Part shown: positions 12,538 to 26,563 of the stretch, in pieces
Numbering within the stretch: position 1 is the first letter of the stretch
Layout of the letters: every line of letters starts with the position of its first letter
Made by a program: the position numbers and the translations under genes
The notes under the pieces: model-generated
What the model was told of the DNA's origin: nothing
Databases searched by the model: none
Seen by the model: the letters and a program-made list of their open reading frames with translations, nothing else
Origin: Eledone cirrhosa
Taxonomy: Eukaryota
Length of the DNA stretch: 64,000 bases
Reading direction: 5' to 3'
NCBI GenBank assembly: GCA_964016885.1
Contig: OZ024740.1
Coordinates: 362,638,001-362,702,000 of the forward strand

Positions 12538-15500
12538 TATCAAGAATTGCCATTTAAAACAACTGTAAAAAAAGAACACACAATCTTTTTTTTTTATAGC
12601 TCTGTGTTCAAAGATTTACATTTGATGAATTTGATGAAAGAAAATTCTCGATAATAAATCAGCAGCTGAATTAGGAAATGTAAATATGAAACCTAGTATG
12701 CTGCTGACAACATTATCACGAAAGTAATGCCTTGTACTGCATGAATCTGCATTAGTGAGACATTCTTAAAAACTACAAAACAGCATTATGATTGCATCAC
12801 ATTAAAAATTAAAGCCTTCACTTTAGTAATGCAAAGTTTCACAATGATCTGTCCACTAGTAAAGATGCTATAAACATTTGAATTAACAAACCACATTAGT
12901 CTTAAAATGTACAAAACATCAACTATGACTGCATCCCATAAAATATTCACGTCTATACTTTAGTTTACAGCTAATTTTCACTATGTTGTATCCATTAGTA
13001 ACAATTCTACAAACTAATTTTTAAATATTTCTGTTAAATCATTACAGGATGTTAAAGCTTAATGGTTTTCTTTAAGAAAAAACAACAAAAAAAATGACCG
13101 ATCTTGTAAAAAAAGGTTGTATATATTGATGTGTGGAAATTTTCTGTAAGTTTTAAAAATTCATCTCCCTGAAAAAAAAGCAGTTTTAATATGCCTGGTC
13201 TTTTTATAAACGTTTCTGTTAATCAAGGGGAATAACCAGGTTTGTTATGATACGTTTATTTTTAAAGAATGCCAGAATTATATATTACGTTTTTCCTACA
13301 CACATCGAAATACAAAATTTCAAACAGTACTTTTAATTACATAAATTATCAAGAGATTAACAATTTACAGAAAGGAAGTAATCACACACACAAAAAAAGA
13401 AAACATAACAGAAAAAAAGGTGGGGGAAAACAAACATTGAATTAAATGCCACAACAGGAGACACGAGTCTATTTATTGTTATGATAAACATATAATATTT
13501 ATGTGAATTCAAAAGATAATATCATCAGAGAAGCCTAGCAAGTTATATGTATGTCTTCCAGTGACAGACTTCAGCATTTCATATTGAATTATACATTACA
13601 TTTTACTGGAGACATAAAAATGTATAATAATTCAGAATCTCATAAATTCAACTTTTTTCTTTCTTGTATAAATTTATGTAATCAATATGATTTACAAATG
13701 AGACAAAACTAATAAAAAAAATAATCAGAGAAAAAAAGAGTTAAAAAGGCAGAAGGCATGCACACTCAATTACTTATACACTGCACTAGGAAATATTGGT
13801 TTCTCATTTTAATTAAATTAATTTAAATTCCAAAGAAAAACATGTAACCTTTATCCATTTTATTGGAAAAAGTTCATATTATTTTGAATATAAGCTACTG
13901 CAACGTAATTAGTAACTGTAGATGTAGTTTTATTGTCTGCCTATGTCTGTCAAACAGCATTTATTTTTTATTTCTTGGCATTTATATATTGGAGGCTTGT
14001 ACTTTTAAGAAATGTTTTCTAGTAATATATCAAACATAGATAACAAAATGGTATATTTCTTCATTAAAAGTTCATTATATTTTCTTTTTGATCTCATCTT
14101 TCAAAGTTATCATTTTTATCTTCATTTTCCCATGCTTACATGGGTCAGATGAATCTCCTCCAGCATAACCACCCTCCACTTCATCATCTCTGTAATGTTC
14201 AGCATTTTGAGATCAGCTCTCATCACTTCTGCTTGTTTTGGTGAACATTTAATTTGGTAATTATATGAACATTCTACTTATTAACATACATGTAGGTGGT
14301 TAAGTATCCCACAGACATGTATGCTCTTAATATAATTGTTAGGCAGAATCGGCATAACACAAAGTGACATATTACAGGTAAAATCCTTTCAATGGGCTTC
14401 CATATAGTTTCCATTTACTCAATTTCACTCACAGGCCTAAGACTATGGTAAACTGCACTGATCCCAGATGTCACACAGTGGGATCGACCTCAGAGCCATA
14501 TGATTGTAAGTCCATTTCTCTCCTACCACTGGGTTAAAGTCTTTCTTTAGCAATCTATAGTTATTGGGTGTGTGTGTCTGATCTCCAATTTTTGTAATAG
14601 TTCTAGTTCTCCTCAGGTATGTATTAATGTTAGTACATGTATCTGGTTGGAGACCAGTAGCTTTTGTTGTATAACCCAAGGGCAGATTAAAGGAGACCCA
14701 AGTTCTGACAAGGATGTAGCCAGGGACACCATTATGTTGAGAGAGCTCCAAATTAATATTTTTGCTCAATCAGTTTGAAGCAAGAGTCTCAATAAAATGT
14801 TCAGCTAGGTACCCCTTGCAAATCAATCTGCTCCAAATGCAACCCACTTGATCCTTGGAGTTTGCTTCTGCTCTAGCATGAACATATTTTTAATTTATTT
14901 ACTTTTAGAGTCATTTGTGGAGGTTTCAACTCTATTGTACTGTTAAAGCTCCATATCTCTTGCATTTGAGTTATGGTAGGTACTTTTCAAAGTCCCTAAC
15001 AGCTCCTTGGAGAATGGATAGCTTATTTGAAATATGTCAGGGATAATAAATATTATGAAGGTAACATCCAGATTTTATAATTTCTCAGTTTTTCATTCCA
15101 CCCATTCTCACCACTCCCCATTTTCCTTATCCAGCCTTGTACCTCAATACTTTCAACCCCATTTGCATTGTAGTGGATTCCAAAACTGATATATATATAT
15201 ATATATATACATATAATGTATGTAGATAAATCAATTAATTTACTTTAAAAATGGTGTTGTATTTATGTTAAAAAAAAATGTTCTATTTAAAAAACAAGAA
15301 TTTGTCATGTCATAGTTTCATGACCATAGCATACATATAAACATTACTAACCCATATTCTGGGACGTTTTCACTGTCCCCTTTAGTACATTTAGCTCATG
15401 GCTGCTCTGACAAATATGTTCTAATGTTACTAATTGTATATTAGCTTGATGTTTTAAATGCTTTATTTTCAGAGGACACACTGTTTCACAATAGGAAATA

Positions 15501-15744
15501 ATAGAATACTAACATATAATAATAACCCTTCCATTTTACTATTACAAATCTCTGCGTTCTGCAAATGATGTTCTAAAGAGACATAGAACTCTCTAACCTC
15601 ATCATCATTATTGTTTTACATCTATTTTCCACTCTGGCATGGGTTAGACGGAATATCGTGTTTTGAGGCTACATATGCCAGATGACCATGTCTTTCTCAC
15701 ATTTCATTTTAGCATGGTTTCTATGGCTGGATGCCCTTCTTAAC

Positions 15745-16145
15745 ATCAACCACTTTACAGCATGTTCCGGGTACATTTTATTGCAAAATAACACATGAAC
15801 TGGTTGCTTTTTATAGTGACACCAGCATTAATGTTGTACAGCATGGGCAGGGTGCATGTTAGTGTGCCTCCAGCTCTATCACTTTACAGACAAGGACTGG
15901 GTGAATTTTATTGTGGCACTATAACTAATGCATTACAGCATGGATCGAGTGTATATTATTGTAACAGCACTACCACCTAACAAAGTGGGCTGAGTACATT
16001 TTATCATGACACTAGCACTACCACTTTACAGGGTGGAATGGATACATTTTATTGTTACATCAAAACTACCATTTTACTGAGTGGACTAAGTACATCTATT
16101 GTGGCATCAGCACTACCACTTTACAGAGTGGACTGGCTGCATTTC
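15745..16145 (-). repeat. Degenerate minisatellite (about 45-bp unit) expanded inside an RTE-type tail
   Basis: About 8-9 units of ACCACTTTACAG..TGGACTGGGTGCATTTTATTGTGGCACCAGCACT. The same unit occurs on the opposite strand at 25960-26230. Confidence 0.75.
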
Positions 16146-17105
16146 CTGTATCTTTCCTCCACAATAGCCAAAAGCCTGTAAAATACATAGTTTTATTAAA
16201 GCAAACTAGTTCCATGGTTATTTTTATCTATATTATTCCTTTTTCAACAAAAACGGATGTAACTCTGAACATAGTTGAAACTATTAAAATCAACATATCA
16301 AAGCTTCATTGTCTTCTATGTTTTGGTCCATTTGATCCCCATTTGAATCTATTTCATGTAAACATAAGCCATATAAAACTTTACTATAGCCCAATATTTG
16401 TATCCAAATGGATAAGACAAGTCTACACCTCAACAGTATAAGATGATATATGCCAAACTTTATGCTCAGTTTTTATATAGAGATGTTTCTACTCTATATT
16501 TCTGCATATGTACTCATATATGTGTATACAACCACACTTGTAAGACATACCTATAGCCAACCATTCCTTACTTCTAAAATATTTACCTTATCATTATTAT
16601 TGCCTTTCATCCTTAGAGGGCCAGTAAAATAAAGCACCAGTAATGCACTGGGGTTGATTTAACTGACTTGTCCCCACCCCAAAATTGTTGGCCTAAATCA
16701 GAAACCATTACTACTACTACTACTACTACTATTAATAATATTAGTATCTTTAGGTTTAATAACATTAATTATAATAATTTTTCCATACATGCTATCAGAA
16801 AATTATTCAATTTATTCAAAAAGTAAATTAGCCTCCTGATTTTGTCATACCATCAATTATTTCTAACCTCTTCACTAAATGATGTAATTAGATCTCTTTT
16901 ATTTTTTTTGCATACACTTCACTGTAATTCAAGTAAACGTTTCCATGTGATATCATTACGTCTTTATATTTTTTAAGGGCAATATTTGCTCGTAATTTTT
17001 TGAAAATATTTATATGTATCCAGGGATTGATATGTCTGTTTCAGAAGATCCCACATTAGGGTGAAAGCAGAAATTGTTTGCTTAAACTTTTAATTGATGC
17101 TAATA

Positions 17106-17148
<43 letters not shown>

Positions 17149-18502
17149 GAGTATGTATGTATGTGAGTATGTTTGTGTCTGTGGTTGTTTGACAGTAAAA
17201 TAAGTAACAGACTTGGGGAAAAAAAGTGCTGGTCTCAATTGAATCAACTAAATCAAGGTGGTTTCCCAGCATGACCACAGTCTAATCACCAAAACAAGTA
17301 AATGAATGAAAGAGAAGATGAAATAAACTGTTGATCTATTATCAATTCTTTTTAGAAAACTGCATTTCCAATTTGTTTGCAATATTCTTTCTGAATATTT
17401 AACATTTTTCTAATAATTGTTTTGCAAATACATGATGAGAATTATTTCAGAGTTAGACTGTCTTGAGATATTCTTCTCAGAAGTTTGGCAGTTTTGTGCA
17501 TAATGATATAACTAATTTTTTTTCTGTTTTGTTTAATTTTCCTAAACATATCGTTTATTCTAAAATGAAACATATCATATGCTTGACCTTTGTTTAAAAT
17601 TATTTGAAGAATCTCAATATAACATCATTTTAAAGCTATTTTAACTTGTACTGGTAAATATACTTCAACTTTGTAACTTAACTTCTTAAGATCTGTCCAT
17701 TTCTAAGTAAATTTACCATATTTTTGTGTATTTCGAAAACTTTTGGAAGAAAAAGTTATAGTAGTATTTAAGATTTTTTTATTTGATGTATAGGAAGAAT
17801 AGGGTGTAGGCAAATTTTGATATGGATTTTGGGGCTAAAAATGTGCACCTTCTACATCAAAACATACAATAATTAAATGTACAATTGGTATATTTTGTGT
17901 TTTAAGGTCAGCAATTTTCAACTCATTCAAAAATGTACAGAAAAAAAAAAATGTAGATATTATTTTCAAGATAGTTTGTTGCTTATTTTTATTTAATGGT
18001 AACTGGGAACCTAAATAAAGCCTATAACTTCAACCATGAAAATCTGACTATCATGTGTTGTATATTTTACATAATAAAAAATGTTTACTTATATTTTAGT
18101 AAATTGTTTTTTTTATTGTCTTTCTTTCTTTCTTTCTTCTCCTTTGCCCACATACTCCTGAGAGGGTCGTAGAGACAGAGTCCTCAAACACTCCTTCCAG
18201 CAGGTCTTGTCAGAAGCAACCATCTCCAACTGATCCGACTGGATCCCCAAGCATGACCAGCCAGGCTCATGAATGTTATCCAACCATCTTGCTCGGGGTT
18301 TAACCCTGGGTCTTGTCTTTCTCATTGTATTTTTCTGTGTATGCAGCAGCAAGTATTTTAAGGTCATTCCCCCTTGCCTTGTTGGTTTTATGAAAGACTT
18401 TGTACTCATAAATAAAGTTTGAGTTTGATGTGATTTAAATTTATTTGTAATTATTATATTGATTATTATTCAATTGTTGTTTAGTACATTATATATATAT
18501 AT

Positions 18503-18802
18503 TCATGGCTTAGTGGTTAGAGCATTGGCCTTGCAATCGAAAGGATGTGAGTTCAATTCTCAGACCGGGTGATGTGTTGTTTCCTTGAGCAAGACACTCT
18601 ATTTCACATTGCTCCAGTTTACTCAGCTGTAGAAATGAAATGATAGGACTGGGGTCCCTATCATTCCACTGCAACGGCAAAAAAGCACCCAGCACTCACT
18701 GTAAATGAGGTTGGTGTTAGGAAGGGCATCCAGCTGTAGAAATCAAGCCAGAATCAGTTCCCGTCCCACCCTTGCAAGTGGGGGAAAAGCGATGATGATG
18801 AT
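18503..18802 (+). mobile_element. SINE family B copy
   Basis: Near-identical to 46173-46500 with small deletions. Confidence 0.85.
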
Positions 18803-20654
18803 ATATATAAAGTGGAAGCTTAGTAAAATCGAAGTTTTGGCTGTGGCCAAGCTAACGACCTACAATTAGGAATGTGTAGCAAAGCACTCGATAAGGCCTT
18901 AGAGTAATAACATACGTTTAGACAGCTTGACAAATTGAAAATTGCGGCAGGTAACCTAGCCACATAATACCAAATCAACGAAAAAATTAATCAGGTTAGA
19001 CAACTATATATATTTATTAAAATAACAGATTAAAGTTTAATCTGTTATTTTAATGAATATTTGCTCTAGGGTTCTTATATATTTGATATATATTTATCCT
19101 TATTGAGCCCTCTTTGGATTTTAGTCTTCACATTTTTATTATTACTATATATACACATATAGATATATAATCAAAAAGTGGGGTGCACCAGACTTGGGCT
19201 TTGTGTATGGAGGATTTATGAAGATTGGAAAGAAATGAGGTGAGCATGTTCAGACAGATGTGTAATAACAGTATACATGGGTGTTGAAGTATCAATGAGA
19301 AAAACTGGGCATAAGATACAGTGTACAGGAGAAAAAACTATGATGGTATGGACATGTAAATAATACTTGTCACTCTGTCAAATCACACCACACTTGCCAA
19401 AGCTTCATGCTTATTATTTTATTACTCCTCCCCAACAGAGCAGAAAGGCTCTTCAATTGAGACAAAGAGCAGTAACCTCTGTAGCGATGGTGCCATGAAC
19501 ATGCACCTGGTACACCCTGTAAGGTGGTTGGGAACTGGAAGGGACCCCAATGTAGAAACTATGCCTAAAATGTTTGATAAGGAAAAATGCTTGAGAAAAA
19601 TCTTCAGTTGTATCATGGCACCACAACCTCCTTAGTGTTGGGGGTCTTCAAGATAAATGCACCCAGTACATGCTGTAAAGTGGCTGGTAATAGGAAGGGC
19701 ATCCAATCATAGAATGTTTGCCAAACAAAAAGTTAGGAGGACCCGTCAGTTGTGTCAAAGACATGACAAGCTCTTTTGTGCACGTGATAGAAAGTGAGAT
19801 CGTATGTAAGCAAGATGCAGATAAAATAAAGCACCAGTAACATACTGGGTCAATTTAATCGATTTTCCCTTCCCCCAAATTACTGGCCTTGTGCCTACAC
19901 TAGAAATCATTATCATGATATATGTATATGAATGTTATGTTGGTACCACAAAACATCCAGCCCACACTGTAAAGTGGTCGTGTAAAAGACATGGCAAAAA
20001 GCACTCACTGTAAATGTGGTTGGTGCTAGGAAGGGCATCCAACCGTAGCAAACCAGCCAGAAACAGTCCTATATGAGTGAGACATGGTCACCTGACTCAA
20101 CTTGCCTCTGAATGGGACAAACCCGTTTAACCCATGCTAGCGTGGAAGATAGATGTTAAACGATGATGATGATGATATATACTATTTATGTTGTGTGGTT
20201 TACCAATTAGCATTATGTAATGAGTTAAAACACTCGATGTTATCCCATGGTTTGTGCAGGAACGGAAATAAATATTTATTTAAAAACAACAGAAGGCTGG
20301 ACTCATAATAATATTCTTTTAATGTCACAAAAACAATACATATTTCTATGGCCTAGTTATATAATTAGATCATGACATAAGACCTTGGCAATGTCATCAG
20401 GTGTGGATTGCAAAATTAGTTATTCAATAATAGGATTACAGCAAACAAAAATATATAACCAAAGTAGAGTTTAATATCATTCTCTATGTACTTACATGCT
20501 CTTCAGACAAGACTGAATGTTCAATGACAGAAAATATAAGTATGGAAAACCCAGGAAGGGAAGGAGTGGATGGGTTTTTTTAATGAGATGAAGGAAGTAT
20601 ATGGGGAAGGTGGCCTTTGGGGAGACGTGGACTAAAATTTATTAATTTGTTGTT

Positions 20655-20830
20655 GAACCTGTAGGAGTGGAAACATCTGGTGTTCTTAGCTCCCGGACTA
20701 CTTCCTTACTCACTATTGGGGCAGAACTGGCCATCCACAGGAATGAGTTGGATGAGTTGGAATGACTATTCTAACATGTCTCCTTTGCCATCTTGCAGGG
20801 CAACATTTTCTTCATTCTGTCCATTTGAAT
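20655..20830 (+). mobile_element. Short RLE C-terminal fragment of the CRE-like family
   Basis: PVGVETSGVLSSRTTSLLTTIGAEL matches the PLAVETSGVLGPRATSLLTTIGAEL segment. It lies in the opposite orientation to the adjacent copy. Confidence 0.65.
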
Positions 20831-20994
20831 CCTGAGGTGACCAGTGTTTGAGATCCTGCATGCCAGAGATCACTCCTTCACACGGTCTAGGCCCATACCA
20901 TTGCAGTAGCAATGTTTCAGCATATTTTAGGGATTTAAGGCAACAAAACAATGCAGAATAAATTTTAACTATCAATATATATAGATATATATAT

Positions 20995-22964
20995 ATTTTT
21001 TTAATAACGAGAGATTTATTCAGAATAGTTTATAACTTTGCCTATTAATCCGTATAGTGAGCAAATGGGGTCCCATGTGCTGGCCTCCCCACAGCCCCGG
21101 CGGACAGGATGGAGAAGACGTTTCCCCGGAGGATGGTAAGGGAGATGCGCTGGAAGAGCCATTCCAACTCGCGAGGCTCACACCTGCGGCTGGCTAGCTC
21201 AGCGCTTATGGTGGTGAATAGGGAGGTAGCCCTAGGGCCAAGGACGCCAGAAGTCTCCACTGCCAAGGGCACGATCGCAAATCTGTCGGAGAGCGACTGG
21301 TACTTGGAGAGTTAGGCCTCCTCAGCCCGACGTGGAGCAGTACCTGGATTAGTCGCAGACTGCACCAGGTTGTGGCTGGAAAAAGTGTCGCTGCAAGTGG
21401 CATCCCAGACGAGGGGTTTGCCACCGCGGAACGGGAAGATGGTCATACCGTCTGGCCTTTTGCTATCGGCTCGAGCTGGGAGGGAAAGCCTGCAGCGTCC
21501 AAGCCATGCTTAATGACCTCGTTAAGGGCAGCATGGCATGGAAGGCAGCCAGCACTGTGGCGACAGGAAAGCGGGTGGAGGCCGAAAGAGACCACGTGGA
21601 TCCACAGTGGTATTTATGTGGCTCGCAGATCCGGAGTCCAAGCCTCAAGGAAACCCCGATGCGCAGGCTATCGTTATCCAGCTGCATGCCAGTGGAGAAG
21701 GTGAGCCAGGCACTACTATGGGGTTTGGAGGCCACGTGAAAACAGGCAAGGCGGTGCTGGTCGAGCTGGCACGGGAGCCTGTCTGAGGCCAGGCTGCACT
21801 GGATGGCATACCAAATGCTTTGGAGGGACTTGACGTCGGCAGGGGGAGGAGGAGGAGGGACGTCTACCGGGCTAAGTCGCATGTCTCACAGGCGACCTCA
21901 CGTTCCCTGAACATAGAGGGTTCTATTGTGTTTTGAAGAAGAGAGCTGGGTGGCCATCGATCAAGCCCAGTTGGCTCGTGAGGGTCTGGAGTTGATGGAG
22001 CCTAGACCTGATGGTCGAGCGGATGGCCGGCGAGTGGATCGGTGACCCGAGGATGAGGACATCCTCTTTGGGGTTCACCTGTATATGGTGGAGAATGGAG
22101 GCTGCAAAGAAGCTCTCAGCTTCATAGCTGACATTCACCACCTCCGACTTGGACAAGTTGACCTGGAGGCCGATTTCTGCCAGGGCAGGAACCACCGATT
22201 GTAGGTCATGGCAGACAGTTTCCATGGGCCCGCCCAGCGTAGCATCATCCAGGTACCAAACATTGAGAGGGACTGTGATACTCCGGGCAATGTGGTCTAT
22301 ACCAAGGGCAAACAGGAGGGGGCCCAAAGGGTCGCCCTGTTAGACCCCAGTGGCCAAAGGTATGACCGTATCAGCAGCAAGGAGCATGCTCAGAGCTCCA
22401 TATGACAAGTAGGCCAGTGGGTAGGTGGAGGGGGCTCGGCTGAGGCAGGCATCGAGCAGATGGTCCTGGCGTAAGCAGTTGAAGGCATTCCTCATGTCAA
22501 GCTTGACAATGAGGTGCCTGGAGTCCGTGGATGCTGGTTCCGGTGGGCAGCTATTGAAGAACTGCCTGGTTGCATGTCCGGCCCCCCTGACACGCCGACA
22601 CCCAGTTGCACCGGACTGAACTCCTTGCCCAGTTCAGGTGATATAGACCTGCAGACCACCTTAGCAGCCAGCCTCCGGAAGACATTGCCCACAGCGATGG
22701 GGCGTATTCCACACTCTTTCTTCCTGAGAGCGATCAGGCTAGCCGAAAAAAAGAGGCATCGGGCGTGAGGATCCAGGGCGCCATGGATAAGCCTATTGGT
22801 GAGTGCCACAATTGCACTTAGAAGGTGGCACCCGGCCTCAGTGGAGAGGGGGAATAACAACTCCTTGAGGTGGCCTGGTCGGAGACCAGCAGCACCTCCG
22901 CTTCTGCTAGATCGGAAGGACTTGATGGCAGACATGATGTCTGTGTCGGAAGCAACAAGGAGCA
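20995..22964 (-). mobile_element. 5'-truncated CRE-clade retrotransposon with an internal deletion
   Basis: High similarity to 39900-42053, with WYLDDATLGG and RLE motifs. 3' AATAAA followed by a short A run and (TA)n near 20980-21020. Confidence 0.88.
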
Positions 22965-24091
22965 GGATTTTTAATTTCCATTATTCAGTAGTAATTTAAA
23001 ATACCTTTTGTAAAATAACACCATAAAAGACAATAAAAATAAAAATAAAGATAATAGTTAACCAAATAAGAGAAATGAAGTTTTTAAAGGGGTCCTGTGG
23101 TGTGCTAGTGAGTGTGTGTGTATGTGTGTGTGTGTGGGGGGGGGGGTGTCAACAAATGGGTTGATTCAATTAAGTAAAAGAATCTTCTAGTATGAAGCTT
23201 ACCAAATAACAATATCATCATCCTCATCATCATCATAATCTTCGTTTAACATCCATCTTCCACGCTAGCATGATCACAATATATTCATTAACTGTGAATG
23301 TAAACGAATAAATGTGTGCTGTGTATACTGGTATGGGTGTGCATGTGTGCATGTGGTTTATACCATCAGTTCCATACACATTTGGTTCTACAATTAATAA
23401 ACAGAATGAATGTATTCATCCAAGGTGTAAATCATATGGAATCAGGAATTAAAATTCTGGATTAAGAAATCCAGGGCATTGTATGAGTGTAAGTGCACAG
23501 AGCATTTAAATAATAAACACAGGAATTATATGTATGTACGGAGGGTTGGATTTAGGTCTTGTGGAGCCCAGGGCTTCAGGTTAGGGGGGTGGGGCTCATA
23601 CACAAAACATTAGAATACCTCCCCCACCAACTTCACATATCAAAGTTAGCTTGGTGCAAGTAATTGGAATTGAAAAGTTATACATAAAGGTATTAAATTC
23701 AAAAATTTTAACTAATCATCTTAAAACTAAAAAGCCCAGCTGTGGGCACAAATAAATTGCTATGGCTGTCACTGGTGCCCCCTCCTCCCAATACTGCAGG
23801 GGGCTCGGGACAAATGTTCCTTCCTCTTTTTTACTTTCTTTCTATTTCATCTTTTAATTCTCATTCTATCTTCTGATGAAGGACTAATGTCCAAAAAATT
23901 AAGACTCTTTTCCTATTATTTCAAGCATTACACTAATATATTTCTTCATTGTACTGTGTCATTCGCTATGCTATTTCTTTTTACTTTTTACACACACACA
24001 CACATATATATATATGTATCCAATACACACTGTAAATGTGGTTGGCATTAGGAAGGGCATCCAGCAGTAGAAAACCAACCAGAAATAGTCC

Positions 24092-24887
24092 TAAAAATTA
24101 GAAATTAGGAATAAGAGGGATCAGATGTTGTTTACTCGAGAGAAGACTATGTTGGTATGGTCACGTGATGCGCATGAAAGACGACAAGTGTATAAAAAAG
24201 TGCAAGGCGATAAAATAGACGGTAGCCACGGAGTAGGCAGACCCAGAAAAACCTGGGACGATTTGATAAATTCTGACCTCACACACTTACACCTCTCCAA
24301 GACAATGTTACTGGACCGAGATCTTTGGCGCTACACAGTAATACAGAAGACCCGCCTTGCCTAAGTACAAAGCGAAACCTACAGTCAGTAGGCACCTCTA
24401 ACAAAAATACACCCCTGTGCTACTACCCCCACCCCATCCACACCACCCCCTTCAATGTGAAGTTATGTTGGTATTCCAACATTCAGTCCGAAATAAATGA
24501 GGTCGTGTAGGTGTCACGACAAAAAAAACACACAGTCCACGCTGTAATATGACCGTGTAGGTAACACGGTAAAAACCTCCCTGTCCACACTGTAAACATG
24601 GTTGGTGTTAGGAAGGGCATCCAGCCATAGAAAACCCGCCAGACGTGTAGGTGTCACGACAAAAAAACACAGTCCACGCTGTAATGTGGCCGTGTAGGTA
24701 ACACGGTAAAAACCTCCCAGTCCACACTGTAAATGTGGTTGGTGTTAGGAAGGGCATCCGGCCGTAGAAAACCCGCCAGACAGTCCTATACGAGCAGGAC
24801 AACCAATCTTGCCTCAAATGGGAAAACTCCCGTCCAAACCCATGCAAGCGTGGAAGATGGACGTTAAACGATGATGATGATGATGAT
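24092..24887 (+). mobile_element. RTE 3' fragment nested in an older RTE-tail element
   Basis: GRPRKTWDDLI and a (GAT)n tail at about 24870-24887. The interrupted older element is split between 24020-24091 and 24888-24990. Confidence 0.8.
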
Positions 24888-25137
24888 GAGCGAGACATGG
24901 TCACCCAACACAACTTGCCTCTAACTGTGACAAACCTATCTAACCCATGCTAGCATGGAAGATAGACGTTAAATGATGATGATGATGATGATATATATAT
25001 ATATAAATTACTGTCTTCTTTCAATATAGCTATATAGGATCCTATTAGTTTTTAATATTTTATTTATTAACACTAAATGTAGCAATTATGTTAAAATGCA
25101 TACCATTGTGTAACAAAAAAATAATATTGAAAAAAAT

Positions 25138-25236
25138 CTAATCTGATTTTGAGGTATTCTTTCTATTCTTCTTAGAAGTTTCTGGTGCAGTGGTTGGCAG
25201 TATAAGTCTTGGCAGAGCAGAATTTTTCTCTCTCAG
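25138..25236 (-). CDS. FAM221A: FAM221A terminal coding exon 8
   Basis: aacttcAG|LREKNSALPRLILPTTAPETSKKNRKNTSKSD-TAG. Phase 0 matches exon 7, and AATAAA motifs lie on the - strand at about 25058-25068. The 8 exons sum to 942 nt (313 aa). Confidence 0.8.
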   Translation of the reverse strand: MREKNSALPRLILPTTAPETSKKNRKNTSKSD

Positions 25237-26468
25237 CTGAAGTTAATGGAAATAACATACTTAAATTAATAATAGTCTACTTTATAGAAAAGACTCTGAA
25301 TAATGTATTATATTAAAGCTGTTGTGTATTTCTTGCAAAACATTGGTCATGCTAGAAAGAAGATGGTAAGAGTGAGTGTGAGAGAGAGAGATATCGAGAG
25401 ATAGAGAAGGGAGGGGGGGGGGTGATAGTAGTTGTGATGGTGGTAACAGTAACACTGAAATTTTTTTTTTCAATCCCATATTGATTATTTCTGTGTATAT
25501 GCATAACTTATAAATAAATAATTCTAAATGTCATTTTGATCTTTAATATAAAGTGTTTGTTTCTAATTGAGCAGTAGAATTTCCACAGGGTCAGCTAATA
25601 TTGTTAAAATTGCAGCAGAATTTTATCCTGTTAAAGCAAGGATTGGCCTTGCAAGCCTCAACAACAGGATTAATCTTACTCATCATGGGGTTCCTTCTGA
25701 GGCAATGTTTTATGGTTGGGTGTTCTTCCTGGTGCCAATCGATTTAGTTGGTTATTCTGATACACAGAAATATGGTATATTTATTTTGAACCAGATACAC
25801 ATACCACAGTTGCTCCCACCACTGACTCCACCAGCAGATGTAGAAATAATTAATTTAGCTTCTCTTAAGAAAAAAAGTATCGATAATGTAGATAGGTTTA
25901 TTAACACAATTTGTGTCTTTGTACAAATTGTTTTGTTTATGCTGATCATTTAGTAAAGTGATTGAACTGGTGCCCCGATAAAATGCATCCAGTACACTCT
26001 GTAGAGTTTTAATGCTGGCACAAGGATAAAATGCACATAGTAGATCGTAAAAAGGGGTAGTGTTGGAATCATGATAAAATACACCCAGCTCAATATGTAA
26101 AATAGTAGTGCTGGTGCCACAATAAAATCAACCCAGTCCACTCTGTAAAGTGGTAGTGTTGGTGCCCCAATAAAATGCACCTAGCCCACTTGTGTCATGA
26201 TAAAATGCGCCCAGTTCACACAGTAAAATTGTTGACATTTACAGAGTGGACATTGAGCCTCAGTGTTAGAAACTATGCCAAAGTGGAACATATGAGCGAG
26301 ACCATGGTTCAGCAATCCATTTAGTCTTGGATTGTGACATCCCAACATTCCAACAGATATAAAATGATGAGGACAATGATGAAATTATACATATTAACAT
26401 AGTTTCTGGAAAATTGTAAATGAAGGACACTGAGAAAAGATTAATAATACTATTAAGATTTCTCTTAC

Positions 26469-26563
26469 CCTTTCTTGATATCTACGTTCAAAATATTCCA
26501 TATCTTCTTCCCCTGGTCGACGAAGAGATGCTTCCAGCACTTCTAGTTCTTTGGGCGTAATGC
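26469..26563 (-). CDS. FAM221A: FAM221A coding exon 7
   Basis: acatcAG|GITPKELEVLEASLRRPGEEDMEYFERRYQER|GTAAGA; compare human SLRRPEEDDMAFFERRYQER. Confidence 0.93.

Noticed and set aside
25960-26230. CRISPR-like repeat-spacer pattern (also 15745-16145)
   Set aside because: Whole units are mutually similar (a degenerate minisatellite) and embedded in RTE-type tails, in a eukaryotic context.
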